Shown: piece after piece, positions 11,901 through 28,900 of the stretch | How positions within the stretch are numbered: the first letter of the stretch is position 1 | Layout of the letters: every line of letters begins with the position of its first letter | Source: Chrysomallon squamiferum | Lineage: Eukaryota > Animalia > Mollusca | Assembly (NCBI GenBank): GCA_012295275.1 | Contig: CM022672.1 | Location: 372,001 to 436,000, forward strand | Reading direction: 5' to 3' | Length of the DNA stretch: 64,000 bases | Translations under genes and position numbers: made by a program | The notes under the pieces: generated by a model | Databases searched by the model: none | What the model was told of the DNA's origin: nothing | Seen by the model: only the letters and a program-made list of their open reading frames with translations

Positions 11901-14900
11901 TCAACTTGAACATGCACACACAAACTCTCTCCCTCTCTCCTTCTCTCTGTCTCTCACCCCCCCACACACACACACAGTGATAATTAATAGCTACTTTTTC
12001 AGTTCTTTCCTCTTTTTTTTTCCTCACTCTCAAACACATCGACACACAGTTTGAATCTGACTTGTGCTTTCAGCAATTGGCAGGACTCTGATACCACGGT
12101 ATTTCCGCAGTATATTTGAGGGTGGAGTCACTGACCTATACTATGTACTCAAACATCCGAAGGAATCATTCCACAACACAACAATCACACTGGACTGTGA
12201 CTTTGCCATGATGATCACTCAGCATGGAAAACCCATGTTCACAAATGTAAGTACTGAAAAACCCATATTCACAGATATAAATGCTGAAAAACCCATGTTC
12301 ACAAACTCAGTTACTGAAAACCCATGTTCACAAACTCAGTTACTGAAAACCCATGTTTACAAAATGTAAGCACTGAAAAAAAATGTTTACAAACACAAAT
12401 GTTGAAAAACTCATGTTTACCAATATAAATACTAAAAACTCATGATTTAAAAATATTTAAATAATTGTATTCATGTTTAAAAAAAAATAAACATAAAATA
12501 CTAAAATATAGCATTAAAGGTGACAAATAAAACTATATTGTTAAATAAAAAAATAAATATTAAATAAAATGTAAAATGTATTTATTAAATAAAATATAGA
12601 ATGTATTTATTACATAAAATGTAGAGTATATTTATTGAATAAAATATAGAATGTATTCGTTAAATAAAATATAGAATGTATTTATTAAATAAAATATAGT
12701 AAGTATTTATTAAAAAAAATGTAGAGTATATTTATTGAACATAATACTGCAAGTCATTCATAAATATAACGTGATATTTAAATATAATATTGCAAGTGAC
12801 TATTAAATGAAATATTACAACTGATTATTAAATATAACAAGTGATTAGTGAATATTACAGGTGATCACAGAGGGCAGGTTAATTCTGGAATTTACCTTTG
12901 ATGACTTGATGAGGATAAGATCCTGGCATTTTGCTATCCGCCAGCACAGAGAGCTCATCCCTCGCAGTGTCATCGCCATGCAGGTCAGTAACCTGTCACT
13001 GTTGTGTAGTGTCACAGGCTCACACCTTTAAACACTGTATGTTTTATTAAGGCTCAATCTAGGGTAACAAGGTGCTTTAATGGCCACCTAACAAGGAATA
13101 TAAACGCTAAATTGACAGCAGTCTATATAATCAATGTCTGTCTATCCACTAGAGAAATAAAAACAACACCAGTTAAGGTTAACGTTAATTATTTAATTAT
13201 GATATACATGTGACTTGATAATAATACATTAAACAATCATTAAACATACATTTAAGTAATTTTGGTTAATGATGTGAGAAAGGTCATGTGAGTAAGGTCA
13301 TACGGGGAACCAAGATAAAATAAGAATCTGCACGGAAGACAGATTAAAACTTATTATAAATGATATTGACACTGGTTAATTGCACATTACACCCTATCAA
13401 AATAAGAATAGACAATTGCTTACCATACTCATCCATAAAGACAATGTCATTCAAAAACATTTGGTTTCCCTGCCTGACTGAATTCTCATTTTGACTGTTT
13501 CTTTCGCTCTTGCTTACTTTTCTCTGCTCTGTTCTCTTTTCTTTTAATTACCTTGAAAAAATTAACATGCTAATCAGAGCAAGCTGTTGTGAAGCACGTC
13601 TACGACAGCATGCTTTCTGACAGGTCAGCGGGTGTGTCCGTTGCAGAATTTAATTACCAAAATGCTAGCCTTTTTATAACAGTGCCATGGATTGAAAAAT
13701 TAGTGGAAACAATAAAAAGAGCAGATGTAATTGTAGTAATAATTAAAGTTACGCAATGTGACTTCATTGCTTAAACATAAAAGGAGTGGATCTCTGTTTG
13801 AAGTAACAAATTCCGTTACTCAATCTGAATTCCGTGACATATAGTATATTTACAACTTTTCTAAATTTATATATCTTTTCCAATGGTGAATTTGAAATAA
13901 CTCAATTGTCAATGAATGTGTGTTAAAATAGAAGCTATTTTTCCAGTTTCTAAGTGACTGGATGATTTTAAACCCAATTACAATTAATAACATATATATC
14001 AATAATAACTTGGTGTTGTTTATTTCGTTTGTTGTACAGTATTTAAATGGGGTTTTTTCTTATTATTATTCAGCAGGATCCAGCGATGGTGGAACAACTT
14101 TCAAAAAACATTACAAGACAAGGACTGACAAACTACACACTCAACTTTTTACGAGTAAGTGATAACAACTTACATTTCTATAGTTTATATCTTACTTTTA
14201 CTCTTCTGTAGCCAATTAAAAGACAGCAGCAGGATTATTAGCTGTTGTTAAAACATGTTTATCAAACATTTCATTCATCTAAAACTTTGAAATTTTTATT
14301 AAAGGGAGAATTATTATTATTATTATTTTAATTAATTCCAGTGTGGTAGTTCAGTAGCAGGCTTTATATTCAGGTTTTATTTAGTTAAAATGCTGACATA
14401 ATACATATTTGTATTAGTGTAAAAGAATATGGAAAATGAAATTATAGCCAAGATATTTTTATCTCTTAATCAGTTCAGTTGTTTGAATTATGTTAACTCA
14501 AATGTATATCATACAAAAATCTTTGTAACTGAATTATGAACACATAGCTGAAATACATTGTGCATATTTACAAAATGCTGTTTTAGTTACATCTAAAGAC
14601 CAGTTTTTATAAGTAAGGATGACAACAAAATAAATTCTACAGGATACAAGGATGTAGACATTATTTCTTTGTAGGTGCCTTTATTTTGTCTTTATTAAAT
14701 GCACACAAATCCAGGATAAACAGTACAGCTACATTGCTTTTTGATGCAATTGTAAACAGAAAGGGTACATCTCCTTCCTCGTGAATTTTTCTTATGCAGA
14801 CTTAACAGTGATTGTTGTATAAATAACAAATATAACTGGAGATAAATCTGTTCTGTTTCAGCTGTGTGTGATTCTTGAGCCCATGCAGGAGCTCATGTCT

Positions 14901-17070
14901 CGACACAAGGCCTATGGTCTTAACCCTCGCGACTGTCTCAAGACCACGTTGTTTCAGAAGTGGCAGAGGATGGTGGCGCCGCCAGGTAAAGGCAAGCAAT
15001 ATTTGAGTACTTGTTACCTAGCAACACAAGTCACATAACACGGGTTTGTTGTAATACTTGGACTGTTTCACTGAGAGAAACTGTAAGCAGTGAATATTTT
15101 ATCTTTAAATTTTTAAGACTTCAAAAATACAACAGCTCTTTATATTTTATTTAAATTGTTTAGCAATTTGAACATTATCTGTCATCATCCAGGCTACAGT
15201 CTTCAGATTTAGCTTATTTAATTATAAATTAACTTGGCTTTATAATTTAGCATTTTTAATAATAATACATACAGTTATGATATGTTACAGTAATGATGAT
15301 AATATGTTACAGTAATAACAGATACTGATAACCAGATATGTATTGATGATATATATTGATAACTACTCTCTTATTGATGACCAATGTTGACAAAATAGAT
15401 ATGTTGATTACTGGTATTGATAATATATACTGATTACTAGTCTTGTTATGTATATTGATGACCAATTTTGGTAATATATGTTGATGGCCAATGTTGATAA
15501 TATATCTATACATTGAGAACTGGTGTTGATAACATATTCTGATGACCTGTTGTTGACACGATGTGATTACAGAGACCACAAGACCTCCAAACAAGAGAAG
15601 AAAGAGGAAGGCATCAGCTGGGAGCAATGCCCTGAATAGTCAGGAGGGGCGGGGAGGGAAAAAAAATCGTTCTCCAGGTCCTCAAACTTTCAACATCGGC
15701 ACATCTGTTCCTGGGGTAGGTGGTGAGGTCATTTTATCCCATTGTCATCATTCCTAACACTTGACACCAAGATATAATCTCTAAAACTTTTCTAATTAAC
15801 AAAATACTGCAGTTCATTTTGAATTAAATTTCTCATTAACTAGCTCTTTCATAGTTGACTAGTATTTGTATTAATTCAGAGAACTTTATTTCTTAATTCC
15901 GTATATAACAACACTAAACAGATACATGGAATTACTTTAAAACAGATTATTGTGAATCAGTATAATAAAGATTATTGTTGAATATAACTACAGTATCCTA
16001 ATATAAACTTTGTTGATATAACATTTATGGAGTGTACAGTTCTAGATTTCTACAGTGAAAAAAATAGCTTTGATATATTTAGTTGTAAATAATAACTAGT
16101 TTTACAGGACACAGTATAGAAGAACTAGTTTTATTGTAAATGCCCATCCATAATTCATTTTCTGTTTTGGATGATTTTATCTCATAAGGTAGTTTTTATT
16201 GTTTACTTGTAAGGATGAAGTATTTGCGTGTTGTTTTGAAAGAATGTCTCATGTTCATTAATAGTTGTATTAAAAATAATTCCATTGAAATGTGGTTTAG
16301 ATGTGATAAATAGGTCACTGCACATTTAACATTTTATATTTAAAATAGAAAAAAAAATCCATTTAAGTGTGAAATCCATAAAAGCTGAAAAAAAGAAATC
16401 AAAGTATTTTCTTAATTCACTGGCATTTCATTGTTTTGATTTTTACTGTTCTCTAGTAAACACTGACAGAATTATTTCCCTTCGAACTTTCCATTACTGT
16501 AGTTAGAAACTTTTAATTTTATATTAACAGATAACATTAATATTTCTGTTAAAGAATTATTTCCTACATGTAATTTTCACTGAATATCCTGTTTATTTAA
16601 AAATCTTCATTTCATAAATATATATATATATATAGTTTTTTTTTTTTTTTTTAAATGGTGTTTAAATATAAACAGTTTTAACATGATTCATTTCCAGATA
16701 AAATTGTAATTTCAAAATATTTTTGATATTAATTGCATTTTGTATTTAGTTCTTTCCAAGTATAATGAACAGAAATGGATGGGTAGATTATTAGAAACCA
16801 AATTAATATGTACATATATTACTTTATTTATTTTCGTTTGAACAGGATGTGATGGTAGTGGGTGAACCCACACTGATGGGGGGAGAGTTTGGTGATGAGG
16901 ATGAACGACTGATCACCAGACTGGAAAACCAGCAGTATGAACCAAATGGGGCAGAGGAAGAACATCAAAATTCCCCCGCCCTGCAGCAGAGTCCATGGGC
17001 GGGTCAGGACAAAAAAACACCACAGCCCACAACAACACCTGTGTCAGAACCAGACATCAAACAGGAGTGA
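2999..17070 (+). CDS. LDB2: LIM-domain-binding protein (LDB1/LDB2/Chip orthologue). Exons: 2999-3034 (tentative), 4301-4459, 11579-11681, 12074-12246, 12861-12983, 14074/14077-14154, 14862-14985, 15573-15715, 16846-17070
   Basis: Spliced translation DPFYNSPFSTYYRRPTPYMGQPDYRIYELNKRLQQRTE/ESDNLWWDAFATEFFEDDA.../TIGRTLIPRYFRSIFEGG.../LCVILEPMQELMSRHK.../KRRKRK/DVMVVGEPTLMGGEFGDEDERLITRLEN matches the LDB dimerisation domain, NLS and LIM-interaction domain. GT-AG sites are in consistent phase. The 5' end is uncertain and may lie outside the window. Confidence 0.95.
3020..3245 (+). repeat. ~28-30-bp tandem array (about 8 copies) starting at a putative exon end and donor
   Basis: GGGAACAGTAAAG|GTAATGTATG followed by GGGAACAATAAAGGTCATGTATATACTGA-type units. 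Confidence 0.85.
3860..4020 (+). promoter_or_regulatory. Candidate internal LDB promoter with TATA box
   Basis: Locally GC/CpG-rich island with TATAAAT at 3942-3948, about 360 bp upstream of the ATG at 4310. Confidence 0.4.
4977..5706 (+). mobile_element. Non-autonomous Tigger/pogo-type DNA transposon with decayed N-terminal HTH transposase fragment
   Basis: TIRs CAGTGTTGCCTTGAC...GTCAAGGTACCACTG followed by TA; encodes MNPKKMSAKDSAEKKKQMMSIE*KHEIVEKHER; homologous to 40330-41122. Confidence 0.85.
5795..6285. mobile_element. hAT (Charlie-like) MITE
   Basis: 16-bp TIRs CAGTATTTCTCAACCT...AGGTTGAGAAATGCTG (1 mismatch), non-coding interior; an 8-bp TSD is not clearly preserved. Confidence 0.65.
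7180..9210. repeat. ~2-kb minisatellite, 23-25-bp unit AGAGAAATCTCA(G/C)TGTACAGACT(GT)
   Basis: Roughly 80 diverged tandem copies within the long LDB intron. Confidence 0.97.
12227..12450 (+). repeat. ~29-30-bp array copying the LDB exon 3' end and donor
   Basis: GAAAACCCATGTTCACAAAT|GTAAGTACT followed by progressively diverged copies. Confidence 0.9.
12540..12868 (+). repeat. AT-rich ~23-bp array grading into a degenerate array that ends on the LDB acceptor
   Basis: TAAATAAAATATAGAATGTATTTAT units, then AATATTGCAAGTGACT / AATATTACAACTGATT / AATATAACAAGTGATT / AATATTACAG|GTGATC. Confidence 0.7.
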
Positions 17071-19720
17071 AAACCTGTTGTTACTTAAGTGGGCTGAATT
17101 GTTTGATAAACAGATGTGTATCTGAACTGCCTAAAGAACCTTTAGGTTGCAGTATGGAAAACCTATAGGGAGAGGCCTGTAAAACCTACAATTTCAGGTC
17201 TGTATGTACATTGAAAAGATGATGTACATTTGTTGTTTACAGTGAAGAATGAATGTTTTGATAGGGCAGCATAAGATTTGACCTACCTAACCCTCTTTCT
17301 GGGTGGGGTAATTTTTATATTTAGTCAAACTTGAGTGAGGGAACATTTTATTTTGTGTTGTATAATTTGGGTGTTAGGTTTTCCTTTTTTTATTTATACT
17401 CCATTTGAAAATGTTTCAGGTCATTTTCAAAATAATGAAATTTTCTCCTAGGGAAACAAAGATTTTCTAATCCTAAATTTTTACATCATTTCTGACAAAT
17501 GTGTTTAAAATAATAAGAATTACAGTTGATTTCTTTAACACAGAATAATAAAAATAATATATAAATAAGTATGGTATACCAGTCTCTCTCCTGTATTAAG
17601 AAAAGTTCAAGGAGAAACATGTTGAAAAATCAAAGTAGTTAAAACATTTTGTTTTTTTAAATCATGGAATCTCACTCAAAGTAAAGTATATTTCACATTA
17701 TTTTACAATATTTGTTTAGTTATTTATTTATTCATCATGTTGTGTTGAATGTTTGTATATTTAGTAGATTATGTGTATGTATATCAATTTAACATGCTTC
17801 CAGGTTTTCTGTTTACATGCAAAATATTTAATCATTTGTCACTCATCATTTGAAACATTTTTAATTCACTGTCCAAATTACATTGCTGTTGATGTATGGA
17901 AGCTAAATTATTTATATTCTTTTGTTTTGCTTTGTTTATTCTTCTTTAAAAAAACAAAAAAAACAACTAGAAAAAACAAAACAAAAATATCTTGAGGCAT
18001 GGTATAGATTTTTATTACTTTTGAATATCATCTTCTTAAGTAAATAAAATTACAAATTACAAATATATAAAAAAAAATAATAATAAAAAAAATAAGTATT
18101 AAGTAAGATTAAGGCAAGTGTAAATATTTTAATAAAGTTTTAAAAGTTTTACTTAGCATCATTAAAAACATAAAGAACAACATATTACCAACATGATCAA
18201 GTTGCTGCCATTGTATTTCATTTTCATAAAGTTACTCTTTATTGGATACTTTGAGCAACACATAATATATCGAAAATGAAATATGTGAAATAGAATGTTA
18301 AAACCATTTTCAAAAATATATTTTTGTAGTCAATAGCTGTAAAAACTCTTTTACATTGATTATTCATTTTGTCCTTTAACTGCGTAATGTGTCAAAACAA
18401 GATTCAGAATTACATTTCTGACATTGTTTTTGAATCCTTTAATTATTGATATTTAAAAAAAAAAAAATTTAATATCTCAGATAATCTCAACAAATAAACA
18501 TCATTGTATTTAAAAGTGGTTTGTTTTCAATTCATTAAAAAATGATTGCAGAATTCAATTTTTTTTTTTTTTTTTTTTTTTTTAACTGCATTTGCTTTTA
18601 ATAAAGTGGAGTAAGAATGAAGAGTTAAGAGAATGTATCACTGTATGTTTTCCAGTGTCATGGTTATCAAATTCAGGGGAAATGTGAAGAGATAGCTGAA
18701 CAGCATCAATTTTGTCTCTGATCAGTATATAAAACGTGTTACAAAAATAGCTCTTCATCTTCGCATCAGTTACTGCACCATATCCTGATCTACACACAGT
18801 GATCCAGTTGCTGACATTGAAATACTTTGGCAGCGATATTTTGAAGTAACCAATTTCAGCTGTTGAAAATACAAATCTCTAATTGGTTTAATTTTGTTCC
18901 TTTTAACCTTACACAATCAGGTGTGAAATATTTCTGCTATGGAAGCTGAATGTAGAACATAAGCCCCACCCCAAATGAAAAATCAAGTTAGGACAAAAGC
19001 CCCTCCAGCCAAAAAAAAAAAAAAAAAAAAAAAAGGTAAAACTGCCATTTTATACTACACATCTTTATCAAAATCAGCATGATTTTTAATTTGTTTGATC
19101 AACAAAATTACAATTTGAACAGAGAATTTATATCGAAGCACACAGTCATATGGCATAAAATGAGATAGCATCTTGGTGTCGGGGAAAATATTAAAGGGTA
19201 CAATTTTTTTTTTTTTTTTTTTTTATTAGTAGAGGTTGTACTAACTTGTTTTGATTTTTGTTTGTCCTATATTGTATATCTGCTGGGGGGAACTTTTGAC
19301 TGTGTATTGGTGATCTTGAGTGGGTTTGTGGTTTATGAGCTAACCCCAGAGAAGGCACAATAAAATAGTTCCCATTTTATTTTATTTAATGTTTTTTAAA
19401 TGCATTGTACATTACTGAAATACCTCTTTCATTTAACTTGAGAATTCAGTAAAAATATTTTTTTCCATAAATCCAGGATAGGAGGAAATTTAATTTTTGC
19501 TCGTAAGTAGACAATATTTTCAGTCAAACAGAAAAATAATTAAAAACAAACAGCATCATGAAAAAAAAAAGAAAACCGTTTTTTTATTTTTTATTACAGT
19601 AATAAAATGATGAATTTGTGTTCCATGTATTTAGCTACTGTTCTCAGTAATTGTTCACATGTTGGCAGAATGCCAGTGTCAGTAGTGTACACAACTTGTG
19701 TTGTTGTTGTCTGTAGTAAC

Positions 19721-23585
<3,865 letters not shown>

Positions 23586-23586
<1 letters not shown>

Positions 23587-23632
23587 TATGGCGTCTTTAA
23601 GATATATCTTCTCGACTACTACGCATGCGCCG
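23586..23632. promoter_or_regulatory. SRSF10 proximal promoter: NRF1-like and YY1-like motifs
   Basis: TACGCATGCGCC at 23620-23631 (NRF1 consensus TGCGCATGCGCA); ATGGCG core next to the start codon. Confidence 0.5.
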
Positions 23633-25963
23633 CGACTGAACAGAAACGTTATTCTACTGACATAGGTGCTGTGTAATAGAAATGTGGAAGTCGCAACGAA
23701 CAGTTAACAGATTATAGAAATTCAGTTTCTCTCCTATTGAATTCCTTAAGGATTATTTAAAGTAAATATTCTGTATATCGCATTCATTTTAGTTCCCGAA
23801 CTATTTTGCACTTTCAATGTAATTTTTCTACAGGGGGAGAAAAAGCAAAACAAAAACGATACATTTGGCAAAATTATAATTTGATTTTTAAAACCTTCGC
23901 TCCACGTTATTATTACATTTTTTTTTTTTTTTTTTTTTGTAAATTTACTTATTGTAATCTGATAAAGGTTTTTTCCTTTTTTGGTAATTAATGTTGCCAG
24001 TTTTTGGAAATTTGATATTCAGTAAGATGAATAACTAAAAAAACGTAACAAAACTGTTTACAGTCTTATTATAAGGTTAAATACATCTGAATATTGTTGA
24101 AGTGACATTTAAAAAATATATATTTGACAAAGTAGGAAATAGATTTATTTTACTATATGCCTTAACACTGACATGAGGCACATTCATGTGTTGTCAGAGA
24201 ATAATCAATGACGGTTATTTACCAACTAACATAATCAGTAATGTCTTTCAGAAAATTGTAATTCAAAAACAAGACAACCACATTGAGTATACAGTTTATT
24301 TACCAACTAATATAATCTTGTACAGTTTTATTCTTGTAGACAGTGCATGCATGCTTTACAAATACAAATACATTCATTTCATTAATAGCAGTTTTTCATC
24401 TTATCTCTAAATCAAAATGTGAATTTAGCATTGATAACTTACTAGCATAATCAGTACAGATAAATAAACACAGATGTCTCGACAAAAGTTTAACACAGGA
24501 CAAACATTCAAACAGTCCTTGTTAAATAAAACCATGCAGATTCTGAAAAATGTTTGGTTTTGTCTTTATACTTTCTTCAGTTTATAAAAAAAAAAAAAAA
24601 AAAAAAAAGTGCACACAATACAGGCTTCAGTATTAATAACCATATAATCCTCAGTAATAAAATTTGATTTTAGTCTTTTCAGTCACTAACATGGTCACCA
24701 AACCCATTTATCTATTTTTACATTAATAAGGTTTTTTTTCATGTTAAGCATTTTAAAATAAATATTTGTTTCATTAATGGTTTGTGACCAATAGCAACTT
24801 TGTTAAGTCTTTCAGAAAAGAAGACACACCGGATATACTGTTAGCAAACTCAGAACATAAAGCATTAAATAAAAATGAGTGCATTTTAATGCTTGATATA
24901 TCAAAATGCTGAAGTTTTGTTCCTCAGTGACCTAAATATTAAATTCTTAATATTTCACCATTTTTGAAGACAGTAACAACATACAGACAGAACTTCACAA
25001 TACAAGAAAATAAAGAAAAAACGAGTTTAAAGGTTAAAATTTTTACTAGATGAATGCCTGCTTTTCAATAAAAAATAAAAAAAAAAAATAAAAATAAAAG
25101 ATAAAACAATTGAACATTTTTTCACAAACTAGTCCTACAAATACAGAAAACATTAGAAAATGACAGATTTATAATATTTTATAAACATTCAAAATTATTC
25201 CAAACATTGTCTATGATGTGAATGAGAAAAAAGTTCAGAAAATATTTCTGAACTATAAAAAGATGAACAAAATTGAGAATTTACTGAGAATACAAAGAAA
25301 CCTTAAAAATAAGTGAATCCTTATCATTTCTAAATATTTTTCACTGAAGTTTAACATAGATAGCATAATTCCAAAAAGCAGCAACTCAGAATGTTTTAAT
25401 TTGATTTCAGAATTAATTTCTTTTCACAAATATTATCATAGATTTCATGCACAAAAGTGAACAAGATGAGTTATCTAAATACTGGAGAACAAATCCCACA
25501 TGAGTGTGATACAAGAATCAATTTGTAAGAAACAATTATTAATAAACTATTTCAAAGTGTTGTGTAACAGAGCATAAGCTTCAAAGCAAAAACCATTTAT
25601 AATATGCAGAAATTATTTTTGAAACAGAGTGCCCAAATTTTTATGAAAGTTAAAAATCATTATTGAGTACATACATCATGCTGACAAATCAAATCAAAAT
25701 ATAACAGATATTTAATCAATACTGTTAATTTTAATGATTTCTAAATTGTCAAAACATTAGCATACTAATTTATTTTACATAAAACAGTATATAGTATCTG
25801 AGGAAAACAAATTAGAAACAAAAACACACAAATAATTTTAAAATGATTGCCTTTATCCTCAAATATCCACTACCAGTAGAGAAAATCACCCAGTTTACCA
25901 CTAACATATAAAGAAAAACAGTTTTGTACACAGTTAACATATCTTCAGTTATCTTTCTTGGTT

Positions 25964-28900
25964 TCAACGTCGCACAGTTGTCCAGCCATCATCATCTTGA
26001 GCTGAAAAAAAATGTATAAATTATATTTTTTTAAATATCAAAATAGACAAGCATCAGTTTAGCATTTTAATTAATAAACTATATTATTTCTGTTGAAAGT
26101 GACATCACACAGAATTCTTCTAGCATGTCACTCACATACAGGTGTTGGGTGGACTAGAATTGTAGAAAAAATGAGAAGCATCAAGTTTAAAATTTGGAAC
26201 AACTCAATATTAATATGACTAAAAAGAATAAGGAAATAAAACTTACGTCGATCCAATCTTTTCTCTTTAGGTGGGGTGTGATCATCTGAAAAAAAGAAAG
26301 CTAAAATGAGCATTCCAACATTCTTGTTAACAGTTTGAAGAAAGAACTATTTAAATGCAACAAAAGCTTCAAAAGAATGTTATCACAAAATATAAGCTGT
26401 TTTTCCTTTTAAATATTTGTAACTGTAAAAGTAAAAGGCAGAGCAATTATGGTATTTAATTTATTTACTTAATAAAAACATTAAAGCAAAAATAACAAAT
26501 TTAAAATGTTTACCATCTACTGTGTGAAAATGCAAAATATCAAGGTGGTTATTAAAAGAGGAATATTAGTAGTTTTAGCCACATATCAAATAGCAAAGTA
26601 TGAGAAAGAAAGTGAACCAAATAAACAAATAACTGAAGGGCCAGTCATCTGTTTACCTGATCTGGCCGATTGACCACGATCTCGCCATGAACTTTCACCT
26701 CTCACTGGTGGTCCTCGGTCTTCACCCCGATCTCGTTCTCTGTCCCCTCCACCTCGTTCTCTCCAAGTTCCAGCAGGTGGTGCTCGACTTTCTCTCACAG
26801 GGGCAGCCCTGTCCCTCCAGCCTCTTGGACTCTCTACATCCTCTCTCGGACCGTGATCAAAACGATCATCTCTGGCTGGCATTCTATCTCGTCCAAAATC
26901 TCGTGGCCCATGGTCGTCTCGCACAGGAACCCTGTCTCTGAATGACCTTTCCTCTCTAGGTGGACCCCTGTCTCTGAAATCTCTGTCATCCCTTGGTGGA
27001 ACTCTGTCCCTGAAATCTCTTTCTGATCTTACTGGAGGGGCTCTGTCCCTGAAATCCCTGTCATCCCTTGCTGGAACTTTGTCTCTAAAATCTCTTTCAT
27101 CCCTTAGTGGTCCCCTGTCCCTGAAATCTCTGTCGTCCCTAGCTGGGCCTCGGCCTCTGATGTCTTTGTCTTCCCTCAATACACCTAGATCTCTTTCATG
27201 TCCTTTGTCTTGGTCATCCCGTGTTGGGCCCCTATCCCTCCACCCGCCTTCATCTCTAATTATCCTGTAAAAAACCACTTGTATGTCATACACAAACAAG
27301 AAATATTCACACAAATATTTGGTATTTATCTTTACTGTTTTGGGTGATATAATATTGTTCAAAACAAAGTGTGACAAAAAATAATACTCTTACAGAACAT
27401 TTGGACTATCATTTTCCATTCACAACTTGAGTGAAAACATCACTAAATACATGAAAGATGAAGTCTTTTTTTCTTCCTGACTCTACTTGATGAAACGTTA
27501 CAGGAATTTGAGTAAACAAATATGTGATGATGGCACAACTACAGAAAAATAACATCTCCCAGATTAAATTATTTTACTGTTATATTTCTTCAATAAAACC
27601 AAACACAAAAAATAAATGCTAAATGAAATATGAACCTGGACATTAACAAAATACTTTCAACTATTTTTTAATTTTTAATTCAAGGTAACACATATTTTTC
27701 TCTATGTATTTAACTTACTCTCGGTCTGGTTCACGTTTCCAGCTGTTTTCTCTCTCCTTCTCTCGTTCTCTCCATCCACCACCTTCACGTGGTCTGGGTC
27801 TCCATACGACTTTCTCACCACCAGAGTCACCCTTTCTCCAGTCAACATCGCCATCAACATCTTTACTACGCCATGTTTCAGCCGGTCGACTTGGTTCATC
27901 TTCTCTGCTGTTAGAATGATAATTGTTACGTTTATGAATTTATGATAAAAAAAAAAACCTGAGAAGAAACACACAAATGTTAAATTAACATAATAAAGAA
28001 CTAGACAAGTATTTTTTTTTCTTTTTCTTAACAACTCCTTATTAGTAGCTGACATCTGCATTATTACAAGCAGCTTCTACCAGGCAGGAACACTCGATTT
28101 GGATACATCTATCACAAAGTCTCTCATCAAGGTTTCACGACACTAATTAACAAATGGATTATTATAAGGAGGATATTTTATAGCTTGAGGCTTTTTAAAA
28201 CAAATATTTACCTTCGCTGCATGGCTTCCTGTCTCTGTCGCTGTCGTTCTTCTATCTCTCTCTCACGCTGCCGCTGTTTCTCTGCCTGTGCTTCAAGCTT
28301 GGCTAACTTCTCCTGATACTCTTGTTCTTCTTGTTCTCTCTTCTCTCGCTCAATTCTCTCCTTTTCTTCTCTCTCTGAAAATTGTTTTCAAATAACAGCA
28401 TTTTTAAAAACAGCTGCTAAAAATCTTTTGAGTTTTGAGAAAAAAGACTACTTTTATTGTTAGCAAGTTTAACATTTTATCAGAAAATTTTCAAAACTAA
28501 AGTGACAAAGTAAATAACGATCCCTGTGAATGAATTTTATGATGACAACCACTATCGACTCACCTCTCTTCATTGCTTCATCTTTGGCTCTTTGTTTTGC
28601 CTCAGCACGCTCTTCTCTCCATTTTATTCTCCTTTCTTCTTTCCTTTTTGCTTTTCTCTCCTGCAGTCGAATCTTTCTTTCTTCATCTATCTTCTGTTCA
28701 AACTCCTTCAGATGAACCTGAGTTAACAAAAAAACCCATCTTATGACATTACTGATAAATGTTAAGTTTGACACATAAAATTTCAAAGCAATAAAGATAA
28801 TTTAATCAAAGGTATGTATTTCTTTATGCTATTTTTATACACGTAATCAGCCAATCAGAATCAAAATATATATATTTTTTTATCTTCCAGTTCATTGCAT

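Noticed and set aside
26660-27265. Arg/Asp-rich tandem peptide repeats
   Set aside because: Known C-terminal 10-aa repeat domain of metazoan eIF3A.
28040-28150. Possible snoRNA in an eIF3A intron (TGATGA motif, higher GC)
   Set aside because: No matching D box and no H/ACA layout found by eye.
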